From: Octopus vulgaris
Lineage: Eukaryota
Direction of reading: 5' to 3'
DNA: 64,000 nucleotides
NCBI GenBank assembly: GCA_951406725.2
Contig: OX597831.1
Coordinates: 38,378,001 to 38,442,000, forward strand
Position 1 is the stretch's first letter, and every line of letters begins with the position of its first letter. Shown here piece by piece: positions 26,947 to 40,659 of this stretch. The translations under genes and the position numbers were made by a program. The notes beneath the pieces were generated by a model. It searched no databases and had not been told where the DNA came from. It was given only the letters and a program-made list of their open reading frames with translations.

Positions 26947-27334
26947 TTGTGTGTGCGTATCTGTGTTTGTCGCCGCCATCGCTTGAAAGCCGATGCTGGT
27001 GTGTTTATGTCCCCGAAATATAGCGGACCGGCAAAAGTGACCTATAGAATAAGTACCAGGCTTAGAAAGAATAAATCCTGGGCGCGATTTCTTCGTCTAA
27101 CACCCTTTAAGGTGGTGCAGCATCATGGCCGCAGTCTAAGGACTGAAACAAGTAAAAGAATAAAGTAAAAATATAAGAATCTTTAGCAGGGAAAATTCCT
27201 CCTGTCTACAGTTCTTCGATGGCAGCTTCCATTTTAAAGTTCGTTTCTTTTATGGATCTGGTCCATTTCATTTACGCCAGATTAAGTGATAAGCGGAGAT
27301 ATTAAAATAAAATGATATAATAATATAATAAACT

Positions 27335-27930
27335 GATTCTGCCGATGTCGACTTTGCCTTTCATCCTTTCGGGGTTGATAAATTAAGTACCTGTTGCGTA
27401 CTGCGGTCGATCTGATCGACTGGCCACCTCCGCAAAAATTTCGAGCCTTGTGCCTAGAGTAGAAAAGAATATTTTTCTTATGCAAAGGCGGCGGGCTGGC
27501 AGAAACATTAGCACGCCGAGCAAAATGCGTATAAAGAAATAAGAAATAAGAAACGTTATCACGCCGGGCGAAATGCTTAGCGGTATTTCGTCTGCCGTTA
27601 CATTCTGAGTTCAAACTCCACCAAGGTCGACTTTGCTTTTCATCCTTTCGGGGTCGATTAAATAAGCACCAATTACGCACTGAGGTCGATATAATCGACT
27701 TAATCCGTTTGTCTGTCCTTGTTTGTCCTCTCTGTGTTTAGCCCCTTGTGGGTAGTAAAGAAATTGGTATTTCGTCTATCTTTACGTTCTGTGTTGAAAT
27801 TCCGCCCAGATCGACTTGGCCTTTCATCATTTAGGGGTGGAAACTAAGCACCAGTCGCGTACTGAGGTCGATCTAATCGACTGGCCCCCTCCCACAAAAT
27901 TTCGAGCTTTGCGTCTAGACTAGAAAAGGT
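27335..27930 (+). mobile_element. Cluster of Nin-domain SINE units (truncated unit, head, dimer)
   Basis: Core repeated at about 27345, 27625 and 27810; junction aaagaaattggtatttcgtct. Confidence 0.85.
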
Positions 27931-28427
27931 TATTCTAAGTATCATAGTGACACGGTTAAGTAAATTGCAACTGTAAATCTGATCCACATAGATATATACA
28001 GATTACATACATACTCAGTTACATACATATAGATATTCATACACATACACACGTGGATGCCTAAAAAAAGCTCTTATTGTTGGTTTCCTTATCCTGTTTT
28101 TATTCTTTATGTGTATTGTATTTTTACTTATTCGTATTGCTTTTACATCCTGTTCTTGTCACATTTTTTGTTTTTTTTTACTCCTCTGCAAAATAATTTT
28201 ATTTAATTCATTATGCAGGAAAGACTGCTTCCGTCGGATCGTGTTCTGCCCTTACCTTCGAAACACGCATTGAATCGAACCAGGCGCAGCTGATGAAGGA
28301 GAATATTCCTTGTATTGTTAGTCTTGTACTCTGTTTTTTCGTTGTTAAAAAAACTTCGTTTCCTTGTTTGTTTTTATGTTTTCGTTTCTCTTTGTGTTCT
28401 ACGTTTGTTTGTGGTGTCCTGTACTCG

Positions 28428-28459
<32 letters not shown>

Positions 28460-28544
28460 TGTATATACACATATAGATGTAGGTATGTACATATATGTAT
28501 GCATGTATGTATGTATGCATATGTTTTATTTGTTAAATTGTCAT

Positions 28545-28604
<60 letters not shown>

Positions 28605-28751
28605 TGTGTACAGTAATCCTTCGCCATATTGAGGTTTATTATTTAAGCTTGCGTCGATTCCTCCGTGGTGTTGTGCTGCATTTGTAATAATGTAGATATA
28701 AGACAAATTATAAAAATAATAATCTTTTCTACTATATATATATATATATAT

Positions 28752-29005
28752 CATAAGGGACTAAAGCCATCTGAATATGGCTAGGGACAGGGCAGGGTGG
28801 TGGGGGTGTTACTGTTGCGTTTAGCCCCAGGCGAACATGAACGTCGCCAGATAGGCTTGACACCATCACGACGTCCTTTATCCTGCCGTGATGGTGTCAA
28901 GCCGATCTGGTGACGTTGATGTTCGCCTGGGGCTAAACGCAACAGTAACACCCCCACCACCCTGCCCTGTCCCTAGCCATATTCAGATGGCTTTAGTCCC
29001 TTATG
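28752..29005. repeat. Near-perfect GC-rich palindrome, 119-bp arms, 16-nt loop
   Basis: 28752-28870 versus 28887-29005; three mismatches seen, all near the loop. Confidence 0.95.
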
Positions 29006-29051
29006 TTATGGAGCAGTTACTGTCTATATCTCATTTAGAGAATTATCATTG

Positions 29052-29150
<99 letters not shown>

Positions 29151-29163
29151 ATATATATATATT

Positions 29164-29218
<55 letters not shown>

Positions 29219-29841
29219 TACAGTATATATTTTGGACATTGTGCCTAGAGTAGAAAAGAATATTATAAACTCATATCAGTTTAATTCGAAAGGTCAGCTA
29301 GCACATTAGCCTAAAATACTCTCCTCATCATACACATCTCTACCAGTTCGAGAAAATGCCCCATTTTTCTGCTCTTTACATTTCTGTTTCAAGTAATATC
29401 AGCTTTTTCCTATCCAGCTGCTAACATTTCCTGCACACTTGCCTATATATTCTGAACACCGGATCACCAATACTTCACTCGGTATCCATTCAAATAATCG
29501 GAATTGTGAAATGCGAGTAAGAAAATGCCTGGTGCCATCTGCTGTAATCATAAGTAGCACTTAATTTCGGCATTCACTGCTGTTTTAAACTTCTTCTCTC
29601 GCCATATATACTGTGTTTGTGTGTGTGATATGTGTGTGTGTGATATGTGCGTGTATGTGTGCATATTTGTGTGTGTGTGTGTTTATATTAATATCCTTTC
29701 ACTAAGAGAAGCTTCTCTCGTCGATTCTGCATAGAATATTTTGTTACTCTTCATTGCATTAGGTGTGAAAACACTCAACTCCTTTTCTCTTTATGTACAT
29801 ATTCACCAATACTTATAAGTATGCATACATATATATAAATA

Positions 29842-29894
<53 letters not shown>

Positions 29895-30276
29895 GGAGAG
29901 AGAGTGTGAGAGAGAGATAGATAGAGACATACAAAAATAGGGAGATACACAGAGGGAGAGAAATAGAGAGAGGTACCGAGCTACTTAGGTAGTTTGATAC
30001 CTTCATACATGCATAGCTTTATATACATAAATACATAAAAATACGTACGTAAATATGAACATACTTACGCTAACGCGAGTGCTGAAATGTGCGTGCATGT
30101 TTTGATGTATGCATGCGTGTGCATTTATGTGTGACTCGTGTATGATGTTCATTCATATGTAGCGTATCTATTTATGTCTAGCGGCATATAGTTGCATGTC
30201 TTTCTATTATTATTTACCTGTTTGATTCTCTGTCTATGCATTTATCTGACTATCTATCCATCTGTCTACACACATA

Positions 30277-30361
<85 letters not shown>

Positions 30362-31134
30362 GTGTACACAGAGGGGTCGTGTGTATATATATATATATAT
30401 TTATATATATATTTGTATGTATATGTATATACAATTGTATATATACATATACCTATCTATCGATCAATCTACCTACCTATTTAACTATCTATTTATCATC
30501 CCTCTATCAATCTATCTATCTTCCTATATATCTATTTTCCCTCTATCTATAACTCGATATATCTATCTATCCAGTTATCTATATTTCTACGTATCAATCT
30601 AATTATTTATCAATCTATTTACATATCTATCTATTTATCTATCTATCTATTGTATCTACAGTTATCTATCTACTATATTATATCAATCTATCTATCTATC
30701 TATTTATCTATCTATCTACCTATCTATCTCCTATCTGTCTATTCAATTATCTATCAACTTATCTATCTCTCAATGTTTCACTCTGTCATGGTGTGTGTAT
30801 ACACTTATATAAGGAGAAACATTTTTATTGCTGAAGATTTCTTTCCTTGGAGACATAAAATTCATATGAAACTGATATATTAAACAATACCCACTAAAAT
30901 AAGCCAAAATTTTCAAAGGAGAAGAATCCAACAATGGACGATGAAAGAATCGTTGTAAATGGAATTCAAGGTACATTGATTTCGATCAAGATTTATGGAA
31001 TTTGATTTTAATTCTAAGCATCCAACTGAAGACATAATTTATTTATTATTTTTGTAATTTTTTCATATATATGTTTGTGCGTGTGCGCGTTTGAATACCT
31101 TTGTTTGTTTGTTTGTGTGTGTGTATGTGTGTGT

Positions 31135-31171
<37 letters not shown>

Positions 31172-31649
31172 TGTGTGAATTTGAGCGTCCATAAAGCATC
31201 CAGATATTAAATACAAAAGACTGAAAAACAAATGGCACAAACAGACACATACATACATATGTACGTACGTATAGGGACTTACACATAAACATACATGGCC
31301 CTATACTTGCACACACGTGTATGCATATGTTCATATACACACACACAATCATAAACACATACGTACATGAAATATGTGCATTGTTGCATTAAGCGAAAAC
31401 AAACCTAGCAGTCACACACAAAGACACATACACAAAAAGACACACATACACACACGCACACAAACACATACTCGAAAATAGAAATCTTCGTATAAATTAC
31501 ATAGAGTAATTGTTGAATACGCAAATTTACTCTATTTTTAAAGATGAGCAAATAAATATTTCATCGTCACAAACAAGAGACTGTCATTTTTAACATTCAT
31601 CCTCATCTTCTTCAACGTAAACAATGCGTAAACGCTGACACTGCTACTG

Positions 31650-32148
31650 CCGATGATGATGATGATGATGAGGAGGAGGAGGAGGAGGTGGAGGGTGGTG
31701 ATGATGGTGACGACAACGGCGACGACGACGATGATGATGATGATGAGGATGATGACGACGACGACGACGATGATGGTGACTAAGATGATGATGATAAGGA
31801 GGAGGATGACCACGATGATAATGATGGTGACTAAGCTGATGATGAGGCGGAAGGGGATGACCACGATAATAATGAGGATGGTGAGGTGGAAAAGGAAGGA
31901 ATTGTGATCAAATTCATGAGTACCCATGATGAGGGATATGACGACGACTACGACGACGATGACGACGACGACGACGACGACGACGATGATGATGATGATG
32001 ATAAGAATGAGGAGGAGGAATAGGTGGACGACGATAATAGCAACAACGAAGATGACATTGAGGAAAATGGCGACGACAGTGAAGGGGCTGGCATTGATGA
32101 CAGCGACAACGATAGTGATGATGAAGATGGTGATAATGATGACGGTAG

Positions 32149-32189
<41 letters not shown>

Positions 32190-32290
32190 ATGATGATGGC
32201 GATGATGACGATGATGGCGATGATGATGATGATGATGATGACAATGACAACGCCGACTACGACGACGACGACGACGAGAACGACGTTGAT
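31650..32290. repeat. (GAT)/(GAC)/(GAG) degenerate trinucleotide field
   Basis: Directly visible; produces the poly-D/M/I ORFs. Confidence 0.9.
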
Positions 32291-32519
32291 GAATATCGTA
32301 TCTCTAATTAGGCTGAGGAGTCGGCTGAATGAGTCGGTTGGATTGTCTTTTGACGATATCCACGTCAATTCTAAGAGAACCGTCGGGAAATGCTGACAAT
32401 TGATGCCAACTTTTAACTGCAGACGACAGGAGCGTGCTATCAGTGGGAAACTAACAGCTGCTTGACAGAAACTGAAAGAATCCCGTAGTATACATACATA
32501 CATACATATATCACTTTAT

Positions 32520-32660
32520 TTCACGTTGTTCCAGTCCAGTCAGGTGGTGAAAATGAGTTACCCTGTGATGAACTGGCGTCCCATCCAGGTGGTGAATTTA
32601 TACGCCGTGGAAACCGGGGAACCGACCGTCTTGAGTTAGCTTGTCTCAAGAAGGTAATCT
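32520..32660 (+). mobile_element. V/Meta-type SINE core fragment
   Basis: ccctgtgatgaactggcgtcccatccagg...ggaaaccgggg resembles the V-domain core. Confidence 0.45.
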
Positions 32661-33126
32661 TTAACTTTATCTTTTCTCTGCCTCACGTAATATTTTGCAT
32701 ATATTTTTTGTAAATTTCTGTTGTTGATTTTCCCATTCCTCCATCATATCTGTTATTTTCTTCATTTTCTAGTTTGATTTAAACACAGAACCAGTTTTCT
32801 TGTATTTGTTTTGTAATTAGGCCATAACTTATTGTTATACTTTACTAGCTAATCTCGTTGTCATTCAGTGAATACTATATACTAATCTCTATAGTTACAT
32901 GACGCCCTAAATCATTATATTACTTTTAAGTATAAGCTTTTTAAGTCATAATCTACATGGTGCCTTCTAAATATATTCACCGGGCATTTTTCGATTTCTC
33001 TTCTAAATACATTTACCTCCCGGTCAATGATATCATAGCATATTACTGATACAGCCAGCGTATGAATGCCTATCAACAAACTCTTTGCTTTTCTCTCTGT
33101 TTCAATTCATGGTATATAGTTTCTGT

Positions 33127-33352
33127 AGGCGGCGAGCTGGCAGAAACGTTAGCACGCCGGGCGAAATGCGTAGCCATATTTTGTCTGCTGTTATGTTCAA
33201 ATTCCGCCGAGGTCGACTTTGCCTTTCATCCTTTCGGGGTCGATAAATTAAGTACCAGTTACGCACTGGGGTCGATGTAATCAACTTAATCCGTTTGTCT
33301 GTCCTTGTTTGTCCTCTCTGTGTTTAGCCCCTTGAGGGTAGTAAAGAAATAA
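33127..33352 (+). mobile_element. Nin-domain SINE monomer with 15-bp TSD
   Basis: Head ggcggcgagctggcagaaacgttagcacgccggg; TSD gtatatag(t/c)ttctgt at 33112-33126 and 33353-33367. Confidence 0.92.
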
Positions 33353-33399
33353 GTATATAGCTTCTGTGATATATCTATGTAACCATGTTTTTCTTTACG

Positions 33400-34100
33400 T
33401 GTTGTTCTACGTCTAATGCAATGATTCCTAAAGTCTGAGTATTGTATTGGTTGTTCCTATTTCTGTTTCTATATCTAGCATCATAACCATGTAGATAATT
33501 AATTGTCCTTTCTCCATTATTCCCTTGGCGCATTTCCCTAATCTAAATTTCATATCTATTCGGCTAATGAAACCATGATGTACATTTCGCAGCTGTATGT
33601 CCACTCGTTAATCATATGTAGCGCACATCTTGAAGGAAGCTGTAGACTTCAAATAAAAAATGATTGATTAACTCCCTATAGCATTTGTATTGGAGTCTCA
33701 CCTGGTTTAATATGTTAGTTAAAGGTGTTATCACAGAGCAGAAAAGAAGTTGGAAGAAAGAGCTCACTTGGAATATCTATATTTTAAAGAGATGTTCGTT
33801 TTACAAATCATTTTTGCATTCTGCAGAATATTATTTCCCTTACCCATAATGCATTTATCGCTTATCCTTATCTTCTATATTACCATGCTGCAAGCTAATA
33901 TTTCCAAAAACAATAAATACTGAAAGGATTATCTAGTAGACAATCCATTCCATGCTTAGAGCACTTTCCGCATTAGTGGACATTGGTTATATCTTAACTG
34001 ATCTGAACCTTTGTAATATTACTGCTAATCTTTAAAGATATTTTCTTTTACTATTTTAACGATTTTTCACCGTTATTATTCAGAAGATATAAAAAAGCAT
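33400..34100 (-). pseudogene. Highly decayed R4/Dong-type RT fragment
   Basis: Minus strand IFQ.SS...LLFC..ITPLTNIL (cf. GIFQGDSLSPLLFC) and IDMKFRLGKCA (cf. IGMEFGLDKCA). Confidence 0.55.
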
Positions 34101-35073
34101 GTGAGACTTTGAAAGCTTTAAGAAACGGTTCTCTTACTCTGTAGATTTTTTGGATTTTTTTCTGGTTCTTGTGTTTCTTTAGTCGACAGGATAAAGATAG
34201 CTTCCCACACAGAGGTCAGTCAGATGTCTCCTGCTGCATAAGTATCAGATAAACTGTTTACGCTAGCATAGAATGAATCCTAACTAAATATTGTAGTCAA
34301 AAGTTAGCAATAATGCCACCGAGTTGTTTGATTATTGCCTCGCCTACGCTTTGCGTTATTACGGCTTCACTCTGTTGTTCAGTGCTGGACAATTTGTTTT
34401 AACCATTCTCGTCTGTATCGATTCATTCACTGTCCATTACCATGCCGCATATTCCTTTCATGTCTCTTGCAGTAGGAACTACATTAACTTATGTTTCATC
34501 GTTGCCTAAATATTGCGCAGCACTATAACAATATGTTAACATCAACATCTGACAAATAAAACACAAGAGACGTATATAACACAACGTAGTTTCTCGCAGG
34601 CGTGTTGCAACAGAACAAGCATGATAAATAAAACCTATCACGAGTAATCTATCATTGAATCTAAAAACAACCTATATCACAGGAATCTATAAAGTGACTT
34701 AAGAAAAAAGTCATGTAAACAAGCAGAGATACCAGCAATATTATCTCCTCATCATTTTCAACATTTTCTAAAGAATTGTAGCTGCTCCAATTACATTGCG
34801 AATATAGTTTTGCTAAGCAATAATTATATAAACACACAGAGAAATATCAAGCACTGGTGTGCTTGCGATATTGTCTGATAGATCATCTACTGACACTCGC
34901 TATAGGCGAATCTGCTATTAATTTATCTTCTTGTCTGAGAATTCACAGTTAGCAAGAAATTAAGTTTAAGAGCAAGCAATCACGACCTGCTTAATAATAA
35001 AAATGCATTAGAGGCATCGATTATTCAGTCTCTTGTTTGCTGAGAACAACTTTCCTCTTCCTTCTTCAATATA

Positions 35074-35647
35074 TAGGGTGAGATGGGTAAAATGTTACCA
35101 TTCTATATTTTGCATTTCGCGCATGCACATTGTATGTTTTCGATTTAATCGACTACAGAGTATTGTAGAGTCAGTTTGGCACTGTCTGTGAGTAACACGG
35201 CACCATGACGCAATTTACTCTGCCAGGAATTTGGAAACGATATGCTGTACTGTTTGGCCTTCGTGCCGGAAGCTCCAATATGATCATTTAAGAGTGTTTG
35301 GGTGTCAATGTGAGGACAGTGCAATCTGAGAAAATGTACTGAAAGTGATAACACTTAAACATCCAGTGAATATCATGGTGATGCTAACGTTATAATTCCA
35401 TTCATCTTCTCACACAGCTGCAGAGTCAACACGGATGCCTACATAAAGTGCCTGGAGGAGGTAGTGGTGCCTTGGGCCACGACGGGACTCTGCACAATGC
35501 AACGTAAGGAGATCCCACTCATGGTTGTCAGAAATTTCTGGGACCACATCACCTCGAAAATCTGACCACTTAACTCCTCAGACTGCAACCTCCTTGATTA
35601 TAATGTGTGGGTCGCAGTTAAGTGAGGGACCTACAATTATCCCTGTA
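35074..35647 (+). mobile_element. maT/DD37D-like Tc1/mariner remnant, internally deleted
   Basis: TA-tagggtg terminus; PFIF.H..RVNTDAYIKCLEEVVVPW and NFWDHIT..I*PLNSSDCNLLDYNVW (cf. WPPNSPDCNPLDY.VW). Confidence 0.75.
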
Positions 35648-35713
<66 letters not shown>

Positions 35714-35715
<2 letters not shown>

Positions 35716-36161
35716 TGAGTGAGAGAGCAGTGCATGCCATCAAAGTGACACTGGGGTAAAATATACGACGCCCAGTATACCCATCATGAGTACCCGTCTG
35801 ATAAGAGTACGCAAGGTACACGCATCACAAACATGTGTGCGACATGGTGATCTCATATCAAGATAAACAGCGCATGACCTTGCATGTGGGGCCCAGTTAT
35901 AATTTTCTTCTGGTCGAGTAACCCATCCCGCTCAAAAGGTCCTTGAATAAGGGCCGTTTAAGTATGTTGAACGAAACACCCATGTTTCCAGAGGTGAATT
36001 AGTCAAATCCCAAAGAATCCTTTTCAACACATAGCTACGATGCTCCCCCACTACTTCTGCTCGGGATCATAGATGCACATAAAGGACATGGTCAACTGGT
36101 TAAGGTCAAACATATGACGAGCAAATCTGTCGTATTGTGCAGAATATTTGCTGTAGCCCTA
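35714..36161. mobile_element. Unclassified interspersed repeat inserted in (TAA)n
   Basis: Second copy at 58870-59230 continuing at 59975-60165; (ATT)n on both flanks. Confidence 0.8.
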
Positions 36162-36184
36162 TTATTATTATTATCATTATTATG

Positions 36185-36238
<54 letters not shown>

Positions 36239-36241
<3 letters not shown>

Positions 36242-36850
36242 TAGTTTTATTTTTATAGCGTGCTTTCACTTCACTACCGAGCGCAGCTCTGTGTGCCTTG
36301 GGTATGTGCTGTGATTTGTTGTGATGCTCTGATGGTTATTGTATGGAAAGTGTTCTGCGTAGGATGTGTGCAGTGCCTAGTAGTGCAATTTTCTGTATGT
36401 TATATGTGTTTGTAAGTCCTGGTGTTTCATTGCTGTATCCAAGTCTATATCTCTATTATTTTCCTTCCATATTTTATATGTATGTGTTGTTGTATTTTCA
36501 TTTTGTGGGTAGAGCATTGCTGTGAAGTATGCGTGTAATATAGAAATGTATTCCTCACGTGTCCATTTACGTCTTTTGGGTTTTAATTGCGGGACATGAG
36601 GTACAACGTCCGGCCCATTATTTTGACGGTCGTCATTTTCGTAGGGTACCGGTCCGTTTATTTCTGTTGTCACATTATTTCGCACGTGTAGTTTTTCGTA
36701 CATTTTTTGTTGTAGGTTTAATGTACGTACCGCTCGATTGTTATTCTTGGGTTGAATAGTATCGGTGGCATTTAATTTCTTCGTAGTTCCTTTGTACATG
36801 GTGTTTGAGGTCGGGGATGATCGTGTTGTTCCACGCATGTTTACATGTGT
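36239..36850 (-). mobile_element. Internally deleted R4/Dong element (N-terminus fused to last codons and 3' UTR)
   Basis: KPKRRKWTREEYISILHAYF.. joined near 36428 to TPGLTNTYNIQKIALLGTAHILRRTLSIQ*; 3' end nearly identical to 62586-62775. Confidence 0.75.
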
Positions 36851-37080
36851 TGTGTTAGAGGTGGAGATAATATCGAGTCAAAATACATAATTTCGTTTCG
36901 AAAATAGTAATAAATTTCAATTCGTATTACTTACTCGGATATAGTCCAATTCTTTGTTAGTAAATCTTTGGCTCCATAGGGTGTCCTTGTTTTCGATGTT
37001 TGTGGATAGATTTCGGAGCTCTGTATTTTCCTTCTTACATCTTAAACGTCCCCGGTGTCTTCTCCCGTCCCCGGTGTCTT

Positions 37081-37199
<119 letters not shown>

Positions 37200-37398
37200 T
37201 GATATTATAGCAATAAATATGTGATGGCAGTTGGGGAGAGTAGTGATACACTAGCTTAATGAGAATTGTCAGAGAAGTCACAATGGTAGAATTATATATA
37301 GATATGTGTGTGTGTGTGTGTGTTTGGGTCTGTGTACTTTTATATATTCTTTTATGTACATATGTAAGTTTAGCAAGCATGCATAACTTTGTGTGTGA

Positions 37399-37496
<98 letters not shown>

Positions 37497-38344
37497 TGTC
37501 TATATGTATCTGTGCTTTTATTAGAAATAGCAAAATAGCAGACAAATCTTCCTGAAACTAGAGGCTCCTTGGCTCCTGAAAACGGAAAAGAAACTTTATA
37601 TAATGTAGTTTCTGGACGCATAAAACCTGCAAAAATCACGGCATAGTCACGGCTTGAGTACCTTTGATCGTAGTTCTGCTTGCTCAGCGCTGCCCGTCGT
37701 TGGCTAATAGATTACAACAACAACAACAACCACAACAAAAATATCCGCAAAAATAACCAAAATCATAACAAGAGCAGCAGATACACGTAGTAAAATAGTA
37801 ATCAAATAAATAGAAGTCATTTATTGTTTAATCTATTCTGAAACAGAATAGATATAAAAGGATGCGCGAATTCACACTTTACATTCGTAACGGTTAGATA
37901 TTTGGCTAAAAACTAATAAATGGAACCTATGCTGAGTTTAAAGTTCAGGGTAGTACTTGCGAGTGATATAAAAAGTCAATATTGGTCAGTAGTGTGTAAA
38001 AGGCGGCTTTGTAATTTTATACATTAGATTCCAACACCAAAGAGAGCAGTTATATAAGTACATTAGAGAATATTATATGAACACGGTATTGATAATAATA
38101 AAGTAAAAACGTGGCTGGAAGGAAATAAGGAAACACTGGGAATAGTTAGGTTTATTACAATATTGCATTATAAATACTCAGACGTGTGTGTATTCATATA
38201 TATATAGATATATATGGATATGTGCATGCGTGTATCCATATGTGTGCTTGTCCTTGTGTGTAGATCGGTGGACAGGTAAATAGGTTGATATATATAGACA
38301 GACAGATACGGATATATATCTTTATATATATAGAGATATACATG

Positions 38345-38396
<52 letters not shown>

Positions 38397-38440
38397 AATA
38401 TATATATGTGCATACACATACATATATATATGTATATGTG

Positions 38441-38492
<52 letters not shown>

Positions 38493-39092
38493 TATATATA
38501 TACAGGCAAACACTCAGAGACATACACAAACATGTATATATGTATATACACATACAAGCATATATTAAATATATATATACAAGCATATAGGTACATACTT
38601 CGACGAGTAAATATTCCCTTAGTATGATATGTCTAGCATAGGAACCAACTCGACCGTGTTACAAAACGTAAGGACGCATTGGATAATAAAGACCTATATA
38701 CATAACGTCTGATTGAAATAAAGGATGGAAATGCCTGGAACACGTTTGATCATTGGTCTACTCGAAAAATTCTGGCCTGAGTCTAAGAAGCACGATGAAA
38801 ATATATAGAGAAGTATATATATATAAGTTGGAATTTCCGACATGTAGGAGGTTTCCTACTGACATGGTCAAACACATTTTCTCTATAACATCAAAAGTAT
38901 AATTCTCAGAAGCCTTCGAGGGGCAGACGAGGAAAGGGTCTGTTTCTTTCTTCTGTGTAAAACATTAAAAACATATACATGCAGACGTATATATATTTGA
39001 TATATATATATATATATATATAAATATATATACATGAGCACGTATATATATATATATGTAAATGTATATATATGTATATATATGTATGTGTG

Positions 39093-39130
<38 letters not shown>

Positions 39131-39415
39131 CTATATAAGTAATGCAAGAACATTACAAAAAACTCAAATCCGCGCGCATCCAAATATACACATAATTAAC
39201 ATGTGTATTATACTTAGCGTCTCTCTCTCTCTCACTCTCAATATATCTATCTTTTTTCTCACTCTCTCTCCCTCTCTTCCCCCTCTTTCTCTCTTTGCAT
39301 ATATGTACATGTGTGTATATGTGTGCATGCGTGTATTTATGCGAGTGTGTCTGTGTGCGTCCATATGTGTGTGAACATATGTGCACATATTTAAGTATAT
39401 AAACATTGGTGGTTT

Positions 39416-39467
39416 GCACCTGAAGAACGTGTTTGGATTTTCAGACACGTGAAACTATCAGTAGCGC
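39416..39467 (+). ncRNA. Type I hammerhead ribozyme motif
   Basis: gcac-CTGAAGA-acgtgtttg-gatttt-cagacacgt-GAAAC-t-atc-a-GTA-gcgc; intact core, 9-bp stem II, 3-bp stem III, stem I with one mismatch. Confidence 0.75.
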
Positions 39468-39740
39468 CCGAAGATATGTATTGTGATCCTTAAACAAAAA
39501 TATCTCACTCACACCAGATGGAGTGCTCTGTTTGTTGAATTATACCACGTACCAAAATAAGCAACATGGATATCCAGAGGTAATGCAGAACGATTGTTTC
39601 ACGCAACTTAATTTAATTTGGACAATGCAACCATTATATCAATTTAAATGCAGAGCAATCCTCAGCTGCACAAAGACATAGAATTCAATTAGATTGAGAC
39701 AGAAGTAACATATTCATCTGAATATATCTAACTATGCATA

Positions 39741-40071
39741 TGATTTTGATTTTGATTTTTCCAGTTTCAGCTCATGAGCTGTGGCCATGCTGGGACACCG
39801 ACATTTTGTTTGCTACATGATTTTACCTCACGAATGCTTTTTAGCAACTGTCATTTGGTGCATGAGAGAGTTCGATGCAGCTGCCCTCATCTGTACCTCC
39901 TGCCGTGAAGTTGGTTCATCCGGGACACCTGACAGGAAGAGATCCAGTCCTACTTTAAGGACATCCGCATCTACACCATGCAGGTCCCTCAGGTTCTTCG
40001 GGAGGATATTGAAGAGCTGTGGGCCTCTGAAGCCCAGGCTATCACAGTATCTTGTCCTACATCTTGATGGC
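39741..40071 (-). mobile_element. CR1-group LINE 3' fragment
   Basis: SLGFRGPQLFNILPKNLRDL..LKVGLDLFLSGVPDEP..AAASNSL; (aaaatc)n tail. Confidence 0.8.
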
Positions 40072-40309
40072 AATATATATTTATATATAAATATATATAT
40101 ATATATATATTTATAATTGTGCGTAGTGTTTTATATAAGATATCTTATACATAACTATAACGAATTTTTTACTTGTTATTTTCATATTTTAATTGCTTGC
40201 TTTAGCAGGCTATCATTCTGATATAATGAATATTTATTAGAAATATTTTTTTTCTACTCCCTAACAAAGTCTGAATTGTTCCATTTGAACTTATTTTTTC
40301 ACACAGACA

Positions 40310-40426
<117 letters not shown>

Positions 40427-40659
40427 ATGTATATGTATGTATACTTATGATTTACGAGTTTCAATAAATGGATTACTTTTATAATAGACCCTTCTTGTAG
40501 GGCTTCGTCAAACAGATCGACACAAGCAATTATTTTCTGTCCGGTACCTGTTCTTAGGGATCATTTTTCCTGGAACCAAGATTAGTTTAGGTGAACATGT
40601 TAGCCACACGGCCTTGCCTGCTGCTTTATACATATGTATATAATATCTTATATTATAAT

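Larger units (their letters stand above)
25670..27168 (+). mobile_element. Family A SINE (head 25670-25882, tail 26945-27168) split by nested insertions
   Basis: Head ends gaaggccgtcgtgtatg; tail begins gtgtgcgtatctgtgtttgtc and ends gactgaaacaagtaaaagaataaag. Confidence 0.7.

Noticed and set aside
31538-32503. 321-aa hydrophobic ORF and overlapping acidic poly-D ORF
   Set aside because: Open in several frames on both strands because of GAT/GAC repeats; no domain signal or splice context.
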